Part shown: in pieces, positions 26,530 through 36,082 of the stretch
Layout: each line of letters opens with the position of its first letter
Numbering within the stretch: position 1 is the first letter of the stretch
From: Clostridia bacterium
GTDB taxonomy: Bacteria > Bacillota > Clostridia > Christensenellales > UBA1242
Assembly (NCBI GenBank): GCA_017467895.1
Contig: JAFUKB010000014.1
Coordinates: 7,870-71,869, forward strand
DNA: 64,000 bases
Direction: 5' to 3'
Made by a program: the position numbers and the translations under genes
Notes under the pieces: model-generated
Told to the model about the DNA's origin: nothing
Database searches by the model: none
Seen by the model: only the letters and a program-made list of their open reading frames with translations

Positions 26530-27531
26530 ATGAATAAAAGATTGGTTTATAATCAAGAAGATTCAGCAAAGGTTTTTTTGTGGGTGTTGTTGCTTCCACA
26601 ACTTGTTTCGCTTTTGTTTGCCTGCATTTTTGCAAGCATTTATGAAACACAAGAGCAAATGCAACAGTCAATTTTTTATGTTGTAGTTGCATGCACTTTG
26701 GCTCAAGCATGCTTTGCATTCGTTTTGTTTTATTATAACAAAAAACATAATATTAGCATAAAAGTAGCAACAAATTTTAACTTTAAAGTTTCGTTAAAAA
26801 ATGGAATATTGTGTGCGTTAATTTCAATAATTGCCGTTTTTGGCTTTGTTAATTTGGTGGGCGTTTTTGACCAACTTTTTGCTTGGCTGGGCATAAGTTC
26901 AACTTCGGTGAATGTTCCTAATAACACTTTTGGCTGGTTTTTGTTTAATGTGGTGTTCTTGGCAATTATTCCTGCAATTTTAGAAGAGTTTATCTTTAGA
27001 GGAATAGTCTTTAATGGTTTAAAAAAACGCGGAGTGTGGTTTGCAAGTTTAATTTCGGCGCTTATGTTTGCTATGGTTCATTTGTCTATTTCGCAGTTTG
27101 TTTATCCAATAATTATGGGCGTTGTGTTTGCATTGGTGTTTAATAAAACAGGTTCGCTTATTTACAGCATAATAGTTCACTTGTGTAATAATTTTATTGT
27201 TGTTTTAATATCTTATATCAGTAACTTTACCGGTCGCCCGCTAGCAGAACTCAACACATCTTCGGCACTAGGAATTGTGCTGTCGGTGATTATTGCTGTT
27301 GTGGCAAGTGTGTTGATTTGGTTAATTGTAAAATTTGCATTAAAACCAACCAAGTCTGAAAATTCTAACATAGTTAATGTTGAACACAATGTTGTTGAAA
27401 TAGAGCATGAAAATGAGCAAAACAAATTAATAACACCAAATCAAAACAGGCAAAATATCTACACAACTGTTGCTCTTGTTTCGGGGGCGGTTTTGTGGCT
27501 GATTGTTGTTATTGGTGGGCTTGTGGGCTAA
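26530..27531 (+). CDS. CPBP family intramembrane glutamic endopeptidase (CAAX protease-like)
   Basis: EEFIFRG, FAMVH and HLCNNF motifs in a polytopic membrane protein. Confidence 0.8.
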   Translation: MNKRLVYNQEDSAKVFLWVLLLPQLVSLLFACIFASIYETQEQMQQSIFYVVVACTLAQACFAFVLFYYNKKHNISIKVATNFNFKVSLKNGILCALISIIAVFGFVNLVGVFDQLFAWLGISSTSVNVPNNTFGWFLFNVVFLAIIPAILEEFIFRGIVFNGLKKRGVWFASLISALMFAMVHLSISQFVYPIIMGVVFALVFNKTGSLIYSIIVHLCNNFIVVLISYISNFTGRPLAELNTSSALGIVLSVIIAVVASVLIWLIVKFALKPTKSENSNIVNVEHNVVEIEHENEQNKLITPNQNRQNIYTTVALVSGAVLWLIVVIGGLVG

Positions 27532-27543
27532 AATTGGAGAATT

Positions 27544-28704
27544 ATGAAAAAACAAAGAAGTTTATTTTTTGATACTAGTTTAATATATTTTGTTGTAATT
27601 GTGCTTTTTGTAGGGTTGAGAATTTTTTCTAACCTTGTTTCGGTTAGTTCAACCGTTGGAATAATTTTAAATGCAGGAGTTCAAATACTCTTTATGCTTT
27701 TAATTCCGTTTTTTATGTATAAATTTTTGCGTAAAAAAAAGTCAGTTGAGGTTTTAAAAGAATTTAATGTTAAGCCGATTGGCGCAAAGGCTGTGCTATA
27801 TGCAATTTTAATTGGCTTTATTGTTTATTTTTTAAATTTGGCAGTAGCATCGTTCTTTAATGTTTTTATTTACTCAACAGGCTATGACCCAAGTTTTGGA
27901 ATGTCATCGTCAAGTGGTGGAAGTTATCCGCTTGCAACCTTTTTGCTAGATGTTGTTGTTACAGCAATTTTGCCCGGCATATGTGAGGAGTTTTGTCACA
28001 GGGGCTTGCTTGTAAATGGCTTTAAGCAACTTGATATTAAAAAAACCGTTTTGTTGGTAGGCTTTTTGTTTGGGCTTATGCATCTTAATGTTGAGCAGTT
28101 CTTTTATGCGAGCATAATTGGAATGTTTTTAACGCTTTTGGTTTATATAACAGGCTCAATAATACCGTCAATGATTATTCACTTTATGAACAACTTTATG
28201 GGGCTTTATTTAACCTTTGCGCAGGCAAATAAGTTGCCAATGGGAGATTTTTCAAGTAACCTAGTTTCATGGCTTACAAATGGCAATGCTGGCGCGGTAT
28301 TTATTGGAATAATTTTTGTTATTGTAATCATGCTGGGCATTTTAATTTTCTTAGTTTTTGGACTTATGAAAAGTACAAGAGTTAAGCAGTTTGAAAAACT
28401 TGCACGCAAGGCTATTGCAAAAAAAGAACGAGAACAACTTTTTGAAGAATTTAACCTTGATGCAAGGCAAGTTGATGCCGATGCAGGAATTGAAGAAGAT
28501 AAAGAAATCCCTGAAGTTATAATAAATGACGCTCCTCGTGGTGGCAAAAGAGGCGTTATTATTGATATTAACTTTTCGAACAACATGTTGTACGGCGATA
28601 ACTTTATCAAAAAACCGTCGTTAATTGATAAGGCGTTCTTATATGGCACGATTTTTATTGGCATTTTTATAACGCTATCAACACTCATTTGGGGCATAAT
28701 GTAA
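27544..28704 (+). CDS. CPBP family intramembrane glutamic endopeptidase (second copy, with a cytoplasmic insert)
   Basis: CEEFCHRG, GLMH and HFMNNF motifs. SD ggag lies upstream. Confidence 0.8.
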   Translation: MKKQRSLFFDTSLIYFVVIVLFVGLRIFSNLVSVSSTVGIILNAGVQILFMLLIPFFMYKFLRKKKSVEVLKEFNVKPIGAKAVLYAILIGFIVYFLNLAVASFFNVFIYSTGYDPSFGMSSSSGGSYPLATFLLDVVVTAILPGICEEFCHRGLLVNGFKQLDIKKTVLLVGFLFGLMHLNVEQFFYASIIGMFLTLLVYITGSIIPSMIIHFMNNFMGLYLTFAQANKLPMGDFSSNLVSWLTNGNAGAVFIGIIFVIVIMLGILIFLVFGLMKSTRVKQFEKLARKAIAKKEREQLFEEFNLDARQVDADAGIEEDKEIPEVIINDAPRGGKRGVIIDINFSNNMLYGDNFIKKPSLIDKAFLYGTIFIGIFITLSTLIWGIM

Positions 28705-29162
28705 TGTTAAAATTAAACATAGTTTGTGTGGGCAACTTAAAAGATAAATTTTTTATTGATGCCTGCAATGAATACAAAAAAAGACTTTCGCGCTTTTGTG
28801 AGTTGAGCGTGTTTGAGTTAAAAGAATACACAAATCTTGAAAACGAAGAGCAAATTAGAAATGCAGAAGGTAATGATATTTTAAAGCATTTAAAAGGTTT
28901 TGTTGTGTTGGCTGATGTAAAAGGTAAGCAATTAAGCAGTGAAGGACTGGCTGAATTTTTGCAAAAGCAAACTGTGTTGAGCAGTGAAATAACCTTTGTT
29001 GTTGGTGGAAGTTATGGCGTAAGTAAGTCAGTTAAAGATAAAGCAAACTTTGCTTTAAGTGTTTCTCCAATGACTTTTCCTCATAGATTGTTTAGGGTAA
29101 TGTTACTAGAGCAAATTTATAGGGCTTTTACTATAAATAACAATATTAAATATCACAAATAA
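28704..29162 (+). CDS. rlmH: 23S rRNA (pseudouridine1915-N3)-methyltransferase RlmH
   Basis: The MLKLNIVCVGNLKDKF... start and the SPOUT C-terminus (FVVGGSYG...LSVSPMTFPHRLFRVMLLEQIYRA) support the call. There is a TAATG overlap with the upstream stop. Confidence 0.88.
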   Translation: MLKLNIVCVGNLKDKFFIDACNEYKKRLSRFCELSVFELKEYTNLENEEQIRNAEGNDILKHLKGFVVLADVKGKQLSSEGLAEFLQKQTVLSSEITFVVGGSYGVSKSVKDKANFALSVSPMTFPHRLFRVMLLEQIYRAFTINNNIKYHK

Positions 29163-29267
29163 CGCGGTCAAAAGCGCCAGCCGTTGGCATTAATGCTTGC
29201 AAATTTGCAAATTACGCACTCGGGGAATGCATGCATATTTAGGCGTTTAGTTCATTAGTACAGTTAT

Positions 29268-29717
29268 ATGGATAAATTTATGAAAACCGCCCTTAAAGAG
29301 GCGCAAAAGAGTTTTTTGGACGACGAAGTTCCTATTGGTGCCGTAATTGTTAAAGACGGCAGGGTTGTTTCGCGCGCACATAACACTCGCAACAAAACAC
29401 AAAACGCAATTAATCATGCCGAAATTTTGGCAATTTCAAAGGCGTGCAAAAAACAAAAGTCTTGGCGATTAGAAGATTGTGATATTTATGTTACGCTTGA
29501 ACCATGCCCAATGTGTGCAGGTGCAATATTAAATGCCAGAATAAAAAATTTGTATTTTGGTGCATATGATAAAACAAGCAAAACAAACTTGCTTGAAGCA
29601 ATTATGCAAGATGACCGCTTGAATCACAAAACTCAAGTTGTTGGTGGAATATTGCAAGAAGAATGTGCAAAACTGTTAACCGATTTTTTTGTAGCAAAAC
29701 GCAATTCAAAAAAATGA
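29268..29717 (+). CDS. tadA: tRNA adenosine(34) deaminase TadA
   Basis: HAEILAI and TLEPCPMCAGA deaminase zinc motifs; 149 aa. Confidence 0.9.
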   Translation: MDKFMKTALKEAQKSFLDDEVPIGAVIVKDGRVVSRAHNTRNKTQNAINHAEILAISKACKKQKSWRLEDCDIYVTLEPCPMCAGAILNARIKNLYFGAYDKTSKTNLLEAIMQDDRLNHKTQVVGGILQEECAKLLTDFFVAKRNSKK

Positions 29718-29840
29718 TTATACAATATGAATTGTAATCGTTGCTTTTGTTAACATTGATACAACTTTGGCTAAAAAACTTTAACTTTTTTTCGTTCTAA
29801 ATTCTTCTTTTTAAAATTGGTTAAGCATACAATATTTTGT

Positions 29841-30101
29841 ATGTTTAATTTTTTTGATAGTCTAAAACAAAAATATCAAGGATGTTTAAATAGGCTTGCT
29901 CCTGAGCAATGTGTTATGCTTGGCGATTATTTGTTTTATGTTGAGGGTTTTGCTGGAATAATAACGCTGTCAAGTACAGCCGTTGTTTTTAGGGTTAAAA
30001 ATGGCGTAATTTCGGTGTTTGGTAGTGATTTGAGCATATTAGAAATGACACCAAGCACAATAACCATAAATGGCAAAATAAAGCAGGTGGAACGCGTATG
30101 A
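29841..30101 (+). CDS. yqfC: sporulation protein YqfC (YabP family)
   Basis: The YabP-like core is GDYLFYVEGFAGIITLSSTAVVFRVKNGVISVFGSDLSILEMTPSTITINGKI. It has an ATGA overlap with yqfD. The start is uncertain (TTG at 29817 is also possible). Confidence 0.7.
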   Translation: MFNFFDSLKQKYQGCLNRLAPEQCVMLGDYLFYVEGFAGIITLSSTAVVFRVKNGVISVFGSDLSILEMTPSTITINGKIKQVERV

Positions 30102-31219
30102 AAAATATGCAAGAATTTACCGTTAAAAACTTAAATAGAGAAAAGATATTAAAACAGGTGTTAAAACTGGGAAAAATCTCTGATATAAGATTTGATGAAG
30201 ACTGCTTAAGATTTAAAGTTCCGTTAAAACTGAAAAAAAGAGTCGAAAAAATCTTAGAAAAAAACGGAATGGCTGTTCTTGAAAGTAGACAAGTCGGAAC
30301 GATTGCGTTTTTAAAAAAATCAATATTAAGATGGGGTGTTATTATTCCCATTATTTTGTTTTGTGTTTTTTCTAGCGTACTTAATTTTTTTATTTTTAAA
30401 TATCAAGTTGTTGGAAATGAACTTGTTAGCACGCAAGAGGTTTTGCAAATTTTGGAAGACAATAATGTTTCTGGAATTATTTTAAAAAGTAAAATAAACG
30501 CTTTGCAAATAGAAAATGCCTTGCAAAAAATTGATAAGGTTAGTTTGGTTAGTGTTATAATTCGCGGGAACACGCTGTTAATTAACATTAAAGAAAAAGT
30601 GTATAACGAAGAGTATGAAGAGCATGGGGAGTTTGCTCCAATTTGCAGTGATTATGATGGCATAATTACGCAAATAACCCCAATTCAAGGCACAGTGCTG
30701 GTTAAGGTTGGTCAAACAGTTAAAAAAGGGCAACAACTCGTTGTGCCACAAATAACCGACACTAGCGGACAAACTCTTTTTGTTAAACCAATGGCAGATA
30801 TAAAAGCCGATGTATTTATAACCACCACCCAAGAGGTTGAAGATAACACGGTGCAAATGATTGACACAGGCAAAAGTTTTGCTCGCAAAGAAATTACTAT
30901 TTGTGGCTTGCCAATTTATCAGGAGACCCATCAAGTCGAGTTAACGCATTGTAGAACAGAACAAACTTTAAATTATTTATGTGATGGTTTGATTTTGCCA
31001 ATTATTATTAAAACAACAACTTTTTATGAACAAGAGTGCCATGAGATTGAAAACTATTTTCAAAAAAACAAAAAACAAATTTTAGACGAGTGTAAACAAA
31101 AAACTAGACAACTTGTTAAAGATTATGAGATAATTAAAGACGAATATCAAACCGTAACAAATATGGCAGGAATAAATCGCATAACAAGCACGGTGGTGGT
31201 AAATAAGTCAATTTGCTAG
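30098..31219 (+). CDS. yqfD: sporulation protein YqfD
   Basis: 373 aa with one central TM segment. It sits between yqfC and ybeY as in Bacillus and Clostridium. Its size and topology fit YqfD. Confidence 0.7.
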   Translation: MKNMQEFTVKNLNREKILKQVLKLGKISDIRFDEDCLRFKVPLKLKKRVEKILEKNGMAVLESRQVGTIAFLKKSILRWGVIIPIILFCVFSSVLNFFIFKYQVVGNELVSTQEVLQILEDNNVSGIILKSKINALQIENALQKIDKVSLVSVIIRGNTLLINIKEKVYNEEYEEHGEFAPICSDYDGIITQITPIQGTVLVKVGQTVKKGQQLVVPQITDTSGQTLFVKPMADIKADVFITTTQEVEDNTVQMIDTGKSFARKEITICGLPIYQETHQVELTHCRTEQTLNYLCDGLILPIIIKTTTFYEQECHEIENYFQKNKKQILDECKQKTRQLVKDYEIIKDEYQTVTNMAGINRITSTVVVNKSIC

Positions 31220-31227
31220 GAGAAGTT

Positions 31228-31683
31228 ATGACTGTAAATTTTAACGAGTTTAATAAAGAAGAACAAGCACAAATCCAAAAAGTTTATGATGTTGCATTTT
31301 CAATTTTGGCACTTCCTCAAAACATGTCAATTAATTTGGTAATGGTTGATGAGGGGCAAATAAAAGAGTTAAACAATAAGTTTAGGCAAATTGATAGGGT
31401 AACCGATGTTTTGTCGTTTCCTATGCTTGAAAGTTTAGATGAGTTAGATTGCGAGGCTGACGCTTGCCTTGGCGATGTCAATATTGGAGATATATATATT
31501 TGTCGTGAAAGAGCAAAACAGCAGGCAAAAGATTATGGGCATGGTTACGAGCGTGAACTTTGCTTTTTGGCGGTGCATGGCTTGTTGCATGTTTTAGGAT
31601 ACGACCACATTTTGCAAGAAGAAGAGGAAGAAATGTTTTCATTGCAAAATGAGATATTGCAAAAAGCCAATATAAACAGGTAA
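31228..31683 (+). CDS. ybeY: rRNA maturation endoribonuclease YbeY
   Basis: The zinc motif is HGLLHVLGYDH. SD aggag precedes the ATG at 31228. Confidence 0.9.
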   Translation: MTVNFNEFNKEEQAQIQKVYDVAFSILALPQNMSINLVMVDEGQIKELNNKFRQIDRVTDVLSFPMLESLDELDCEADACLGDVNIGDIYICRERAKQQAKDYGHGYERELCFLAVHGLLHVLGYDHILQEEEEEMFSLQNEILQKANINR

Positions 31684-31693
31684 GTTTTTATTT

Positions 31694-31810
31694 GCACCAG
31701 CGAATTTGCTTTACTTTGTAAATCAATTTGCTGTAGCAATGTTTGCCTGGTGGCAAACTTTCGCTGGTGCTAGCGCCCGTATTAAAATGTGTTAGTTGTC
31801 ACATTTTAAT
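31694..31810 (+). other. structured ybeY-era intergenic element (long imperfect hairpin plus an 11-bp AT-rich hairpin)
   Basis: gcaccagcgaatttgc (31694-31709) pairs with gcaaa(c)ttcgctggtgc (31754-31770). An alternative partner, ctggtg, lies at 31747-31752. The second hairpin attaaaatgtg / cacattttaat spans 31781-31810. Confidence 0.5.
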
Positions 31811-31845
31811 GCTCGCACAATATTTAATAAAACAGGAGAAAAGTA

Positions 31846-32745
31846 ATGGAATATAAAACAGGTTATGTGAGTTTGGTGGGCAAGGCAAACGCAGGCAAAA
31901 GCACACTTATTAATGCATTAATAGGCGAAAAGGTTGCAATAGTCTCTCCAAAACCACAAACAACGCGTAATAACATTTTAGGCATTATTACAAAAGAATA
32001 TCATCAAATAGTTTTTGTTGATACTCCGGGTATTCATGTAAGCAAAAACGCACTTGATAAATATATGATGAAAAATGTGCGCTCGGCTATTGGTGGCAGT
32101 GATATTGTTGTTTATTTAATTGATGGCTCAAAAAAATTAACCGATGACGAAATTGCATATGTTGATAATTTGGTTAAAAAAGAAAACCCAGTTATTGTAG
32201 CAATAACAAAAATTGATGTTACTAAGTACGAAAAAGTATATCCTATGCTTGCAAGGCTGTCGGAAATTAAGGGTATTAAAGAAATAATCCCGCTTTCGTC
32301 ATTAAAAAAGCGTAACCTAGATGTTTTGGAAAATGCAATTTTAAAACTCTTGCCAGTAAGCGAGCAAAAAAACTTTTTGTTTGCCGAAGATGAATACACT
32401 GATAAATCACTTCGTTTTATGGTCGCTGAGGCAGTTAGAGAAAAGGCACTTTATTTGTATGATGAAGAAATTCCTCATGGCATAGCAATTGAAGTTGTGC
32501 GCTTTGAGGAGGGCGAAAAACTGGTTGAAATTGATATCGATATAACATGTGAGCGAGACAGCCATAAATCCATATTAATTGGAAAACATGGATTTAAACT
32601 AAAAGAACTTGGCGAGCAGGCAAGGCATGATATGGAAACACTTTTAAATAAAAAAGTTATGCTTAAACTGTTTGTTAAAACCAAAAAAAATTGGCGTAAT
32701 CGCCCAAACGATATATCTAATGTGGGTTATAACGGCGAAGAGTAA
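31846..32745 (+). CDS. era: GTPase Era
   Basis: GKANAGKSTLINAL..KVAIVSPKPQTTR, DTPG and TKID motifs with a KH domain at the C-terminus. SD aggag lies upstream. Confidence 0.92.
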   Translation: MEYKTGYVSLVGKANAGKSTLINALIGEKVAIVSPKPQTTRNNILGIITKEYHQIVFVDTPGIHVSKNALDKYMMKNVRSAIGGSDIVVYLIDGSKKLTDDEIAYVDNLVKKENPVIVAITKIDVTKYEKVYPMLARLSEIKGIKEIIPLSSLKKRNLDVLENAILKLLPVSEQKNFLFAEDEYTDKSLRFMVAEAVREKALYLYDEEIPHGIAIEVVRFEEGEKLVEIDIDITCERDSHKSILIGKHGFKLKELGEQARHDMETLLNKKVMLKLFVKTKKNWRNRPNDISNVGYNGEE

Positions 32746-32781
32746 ATAAAAAAAATCATTAAAAAAAATTTTTTAATCTTA

Positions 32782-32811
32782 TTGACCTTATATGCATTTT
32801 TAGCATATAAT
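32782..32811 (+). promoter_or_regulatory. sigma-A type promoter upstream of yqzL-recO
   Basis: TTGACC, an 18-nt spacer, then TATAAT. Confidence 0.5.
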
Positions 32812-32939
32812 GCTTATGTAAGTTGTTGGCATGACAAACTAAATATTTTTGTTTGTTAAATGCTTAATCCTAATGCAAAAAGATAAGAGTATTTTGTTAT
32901 AAAATGCATATAATATTTTTAAAAGGAGGGTAATAAACT

Positions 32940-33095
32940 ATGGCAAAATTTTCAGGTAGGGCGTCAAGGCTTTCGTGGGAACTTTTTAAACGCACAGGTC
33001 AAGTTAATTATTATCTTCTTTATAAAGGCATTGAAACCGCGCCAGAACTCGAATTGGTTGAAAATAGTCAAAAAGATGACGGCTTAAGCAGGTAA
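32940..33095 (+). CDS. yqzL: YqzL-family small protein (51 aa; absent from the ORF track)
   Basis: A strong SD (aaaggaggg) lies 7 nt upstream of the ATG. The translation is MAKFSGRASRLSWELFKRTGQVNYYLLYKGIETAPELELVENSQKDDGLSR. The W..F..TG....YLLYK motif and the era-recO position match Bacillus yqzL. Confidence 0.7.
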   Translation: MAKFSGRASRLSWELFKRTGQVNYYLLYKGIETAPELELVENSQKDDGLSR

Positions 33096-33105
33096 CATTA
33101 ATATT

Positions 33106-33819
33106 ATGAATCAAACAAATGTTAAAGCAATAGTTATTGCTAACCAAGACTATAAAGAAAAAGATGTTTTGGCAACTTTATTTACGCTTGAACAGGGTGT
33201 TATATCGGTTGTTTTTAAGGGCGTAAAAAATTCAAACGCAAAACTTAAATCGGCAAAGGAACTTTTTACCTTTGGCGATTTTATATATGCAAATGGCATG
33301 CTAAACACAATAACCTCGGCAAATGTTGTTACAAATTTTTATGATATAACAAAAAGTTTGCCTAATTTTTATGCCGCTTGTAATATTGCAAAAATAATAA
33401 AAGCAGTTTTGCCTGCAGGCGAAGCAAACTCAGGGCTTTTTGTAGACACTCTTAAATGCTTAAACTTGCTTAATGACTCAACTGTTAAACCTAACTTGGT
33501 GCTAATTAAATTTTTGGTAAGAGTGTTTGAGGGCTTTGGTTATAGATTTAACTTAAACAAGTGTAGTACTTGTGGTTCTGCTTTTTTAAATAAAAGATAT
33601 ATTAACTTAAACGACGGCGACATTACTTGTGTATCTTGTAAAATGGGCAGGGTAGAGGAATTGTCTAATGCAGAATATCAATCATTGCGATTAATTTCAT
33701 TGACAGATTATGATAACTTAAATTCTTTAAAAATTTCTTCTTTTGTTATAGATAGAACGCTATATATACTTAAATTAAATTTTGAACATAGATTTGGTCA
33801 AAAATTAGATGAGATTTAA
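33106..33819 (+). CDS. recO: DNA repair protein RecO
   Basis: OB-fold N-terminus and the zinc finger CSTCGS...CVSC. The position downstream of era is conserved. Confidence 0.85.
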   Translation: MNQTNVKAIVIANQDYKEKDVLATLFTLEQGVISVVFKGVKNSNAKLKSAKELFTFGDFIYANGMLNTITSANVVTNFYDITKSLPNFYAACNIAKIIKAVLPAGEANSGLFVDTLKCLNLLNDSTVKPNLVLIKFLVRVFEGFGYRFNLNKCSTCGSAFLNKRYINLNDGDITCVSCKMGRVEELSNAEYQSLRLISLTDYDNLNSLKISSFVIDRTLYILKLNFEHRFGQKLDEI

Positions 33820-33872
33820 TAATCTCTTTGCTTTAATTAACAAAAAAACAGCAGTAAACAATTTGTGGTTTG

Positions 33873-34250
33873 TTAACCAACTTGTTCACTGTTGTTTTTT
33901 AATATGCTATATGCTTCTTTTAATGCTCTGATATAAGTTTTTGCTTGAACACATAATGGCTCGTCTAAATCAATTAAATCTTTTATGCATGCCTGCTGAT
34001 TTGGCGATAAATGCTTGTTAACTTTTATGTAGGTTGAGTCGTTGATTTCTTTTGGCACATTGGAGTCGTTTTTAACCAAATAATCAACACTAACATTAAA
34101 AAAGTTTGCAAGCGTAATTAACGCACTAATGCTGGGTTCGTGAGATCCGTTTTCCCAAGTAGATATAAGGTTTTGAGAGTAGTTAACAACTTTGGCGACT
34201 TCTTTTTGTGTTAACCCGCGCTGTTGCCTTAGTTCTTTAAGCCTAAGCAT
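33873..34250 (-). CDS. XRE-family HTH transcriptional regulator
   Basis: MLRLKELRQQRGLTQKEVAKVVNYSQNLISTWENGSHEPSISALITLANFFNVSVDYLV. SD ggag precedes the ATG at 34250. It is divergent from paralog 3. Confidence 0.85.
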   Translation of the reverse strand: MLRLKELRQQRGLTQKEVAKVVNYSQNLISTWENGSHEPSISALITLANFFNVSVDYLVKNDSNVPKEINDSTYIKVNKHLSPNQQACIKDLIDLDEPLCVQAKTYIRALKEAYSILKNNSEQVG

Positions 34251-34306
34251 AAAATCTCCTTTTTGTTTCATTTTAAAACAAAAAGTGATAAAAGCACATT
34301 TTTTGA

Positions 34307-34336
34307 TTGACTATTTAGCAATAATAATGATAATAT
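34307..34336 (+). promoter_or_regulatory. candidate sigma-A promoter for paralog 3
   Basis: TTGACT, an 18-nt spacer, then TAATAT, about 115 nt upstream of the ATG at 34454. Confidence 0.4.
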
Positions 34337-34453
34337 CATAAAGAAAATCAACAATAGTGATGACAATGTGGATTTTTTATCATTTTGCAATAAATTTTGC
34401 GTGAATAACTCTTGTTGCTTTGCAAAATATATTTTAAAGAGGGTAGAAAAAAC

Positions 34454-35806
34454 ATGAAAAAGAGTATATGGATTTCAATATCAACTTTAGTGTTGTGCCT
34501 AGGTGTAATGGCGTTTGGTGTTTATTCGGCACTTAGTGCAACCTTAAACATAACAGGTAATCTGGGTTTTAATATTCATGATTGCGTAGTTGGTGTTTCT
34601 GGAACAATATATAACTTGTCAGAAATGGATTCAAACGGCACCTCTGCAAGGCTTTATGATAAAACTTTGGGATCAACAATTATGGGTGGAGAAGAGGAAA
34701 CAACTTCAACCATAAAACTGGGAGATATGTATTTTTATCATGGTGCCTATGTTAACCCAGAAACAAAAGTTTCAACAGTTAAAACCTATGACATTATTTT
34801 TCAAATAACAATAACAAATTTAAGCGAAAGCAAAATTACGGCAAATATTCCATTGCCAACCCTTGGCGACACAAGTGCAGTAACTATAATACATGGCGCA
34901 ACAAATGCAAACTACACAACGCTTCCATATGAGGCTGGAATTGCCAAGGACTCGCAAATTACAATTATGTTTGCTCTTCGCTTGACCGATGAAACTGCTT
35001 TAACTGAAAAACTGGCGTTTAATTGGCAAAACATCAATTTTGAAGAAGTAGAATCTCCATTTTATGTTATTAATGACGCATCAGATACTTATAACGGTTA
35101 TCTTGCAACCAAAATGGGTCATGGCATAGAATCAATAGATGGCACAACTGCTGACTTAGAATGGTTTGCATTTGCAGTAAAAGGCGAAGATTTAAGTGAA
35201 GAAAAAAATGCAACTTCAATAACCGTGGGAGATGATACATGGTATAGCCTTTCAGACGTAAATATGAATAATGTAACTTATACAGGCAAAACATTTTGGT
35301 TTATTCAACGCTATGTAACCGCGGGTGGATATAGTTCATCAACCGGCTCTTGGATAGATGGACAAATGTTTGATGGAGATGAGGAAAGTAACGACTATGA
35401 CCAAAGCGATATATGTGCATACCTGTCTGCAACAGGGGCATACATTACAACATCAGTAACAGGTATAGCAGATTCAGATTTGTACGCTAAAATAACCGAA
35501 AGAAGTATTTCGGAAACATATACTGTAGAGGAATCTTCACAAGACAACACATTCTCGTCAAGACTGTGGCTGTTAAGCAAAGCCGAACTTACGCTTCTTG
35601 GTAGCCAAGGCTCGGAGCCAGTAAAAGTATGCGGCATAGGGAACACGGTGGGCCACAGTGGCGGTGGTGCCAGTTGGTGGTTGCGCTCTCCTGACCCTTA
35701 TGACGCTTACTATGCGTACTATGTGGACTTCATTGGCAATTTGAACGGCAGCACTGTGGGTGACTTCTACGGCGTTTGCGCGGCTTTCGAAATCACTATT
35801 GCGTAG
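34454..35806 (+). CDS. secreted paralog 3: signal peptide, conserved N-domain, and DUF6273-like C-terminal domain
   Basis: MKKSIWISISTLVLCLGVMAFGVYSALSATLNITGNLGFN is the same N-domain as paralogs 1 and 2. The C-terminus has LWLLSKAELTLLG and SWWLRSPDPYDAYYAYYV...CAAFEITIA. I prefer the ATG at 34454 to the ORF-track start at 34412. Confidence 0.85.
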   Translation: MKKSIWISISTLVLCLGVMAFGVYSALSATLNITGNLGFNIHDCVVGVSGTIYNLSEMDSNGTSARLYDKTLGSTIMGGEEETTSTIKLGDMYFYHGAYVNPETKVSTVKTYDIIFQITITNLSESKITANIPLPTLGDTSAVTIIHGATNANYTTLPYEAGIAKDSQITIMFALRLTDETALTEKLAFNWQNINFEEVESPFYVINDASDTYNGYLATKMGHGIESIDGTTADLEWFAFAVKGEDLSEEKNATSITVGDDTWYSLSDVNMNNVTYTGKTFWFIQRYVTAGGYSSSTGSWIDGQMFDGDEESNDYDQSDICAYLSATGAYITTSVTGIADSDLYAKITERSISETYTVEESSQDNTFSSRLWLLSKAELTLLGSQGSEPVKVCGIGNTVGHSGGGASWWLRSPDPYDAYYAYYVDFIGNLNGSTVGDFYGVCAAFEITIA

Positions 35807-35904
35807 CAGGGTAAATTGATATTAAATTATGGCAACAAAGAGTGTGACGAACACTTTATGGAAAATAATAGGTAGTTGCAGAATATTACAAATTTTATTT
35901 AAAC

Positions 35905-35940
35905 AAAAAGGGCGGTTGCTAGGTGCAACCGCCCTTTTTG
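35905..35940 (+). terminator. rho-independent terminator after paralog 3
   Basis: A 10-bp G/C-rich stem (gggcggttgc / gcaaccgccc) followed by a T5 run. Confidence 0.85.
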
Positions 35941-36053
35941 TTTAATAATTAGATTTTATGTTTTTGTTAATAACATAATGATGTTTCAGTATTTATGTTT
36001 GAGAATAATTTTTTTTGCCCACAATCTATTTAAAACAACTTTCAAATTTTTGC

Positions 36054-36082
36054 TTGACAAATGTTTGGCTGGGGCTTATAAT
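36054..36082 (+). promoter_or_regulatory. consensus sigma-A promoter for rpoB-rpoC, with a leader of about 230 nt
   Basis: TTGACA, a 17-nt spacer, then TATAAT. Confidence 0.7.

Noticed and set aside
29197-29210. A perfect 14-bp palindrome, ttgcaaatttgcaa, lies upstream of tadA and could be an operator. A near-copy lies at 5436-5450.
   Set aside because: ttgcaaa-type words are very frequent in this AT-rich sequence, and there is no associated regulator or consistent promoter context.
29718-29840. I expected an SRP (scRNA) gene downstream of tadA, as in Bacillus.
   Set aside because: The spacer is short and AT-rich, with no conserved SRP helix-8 motif.
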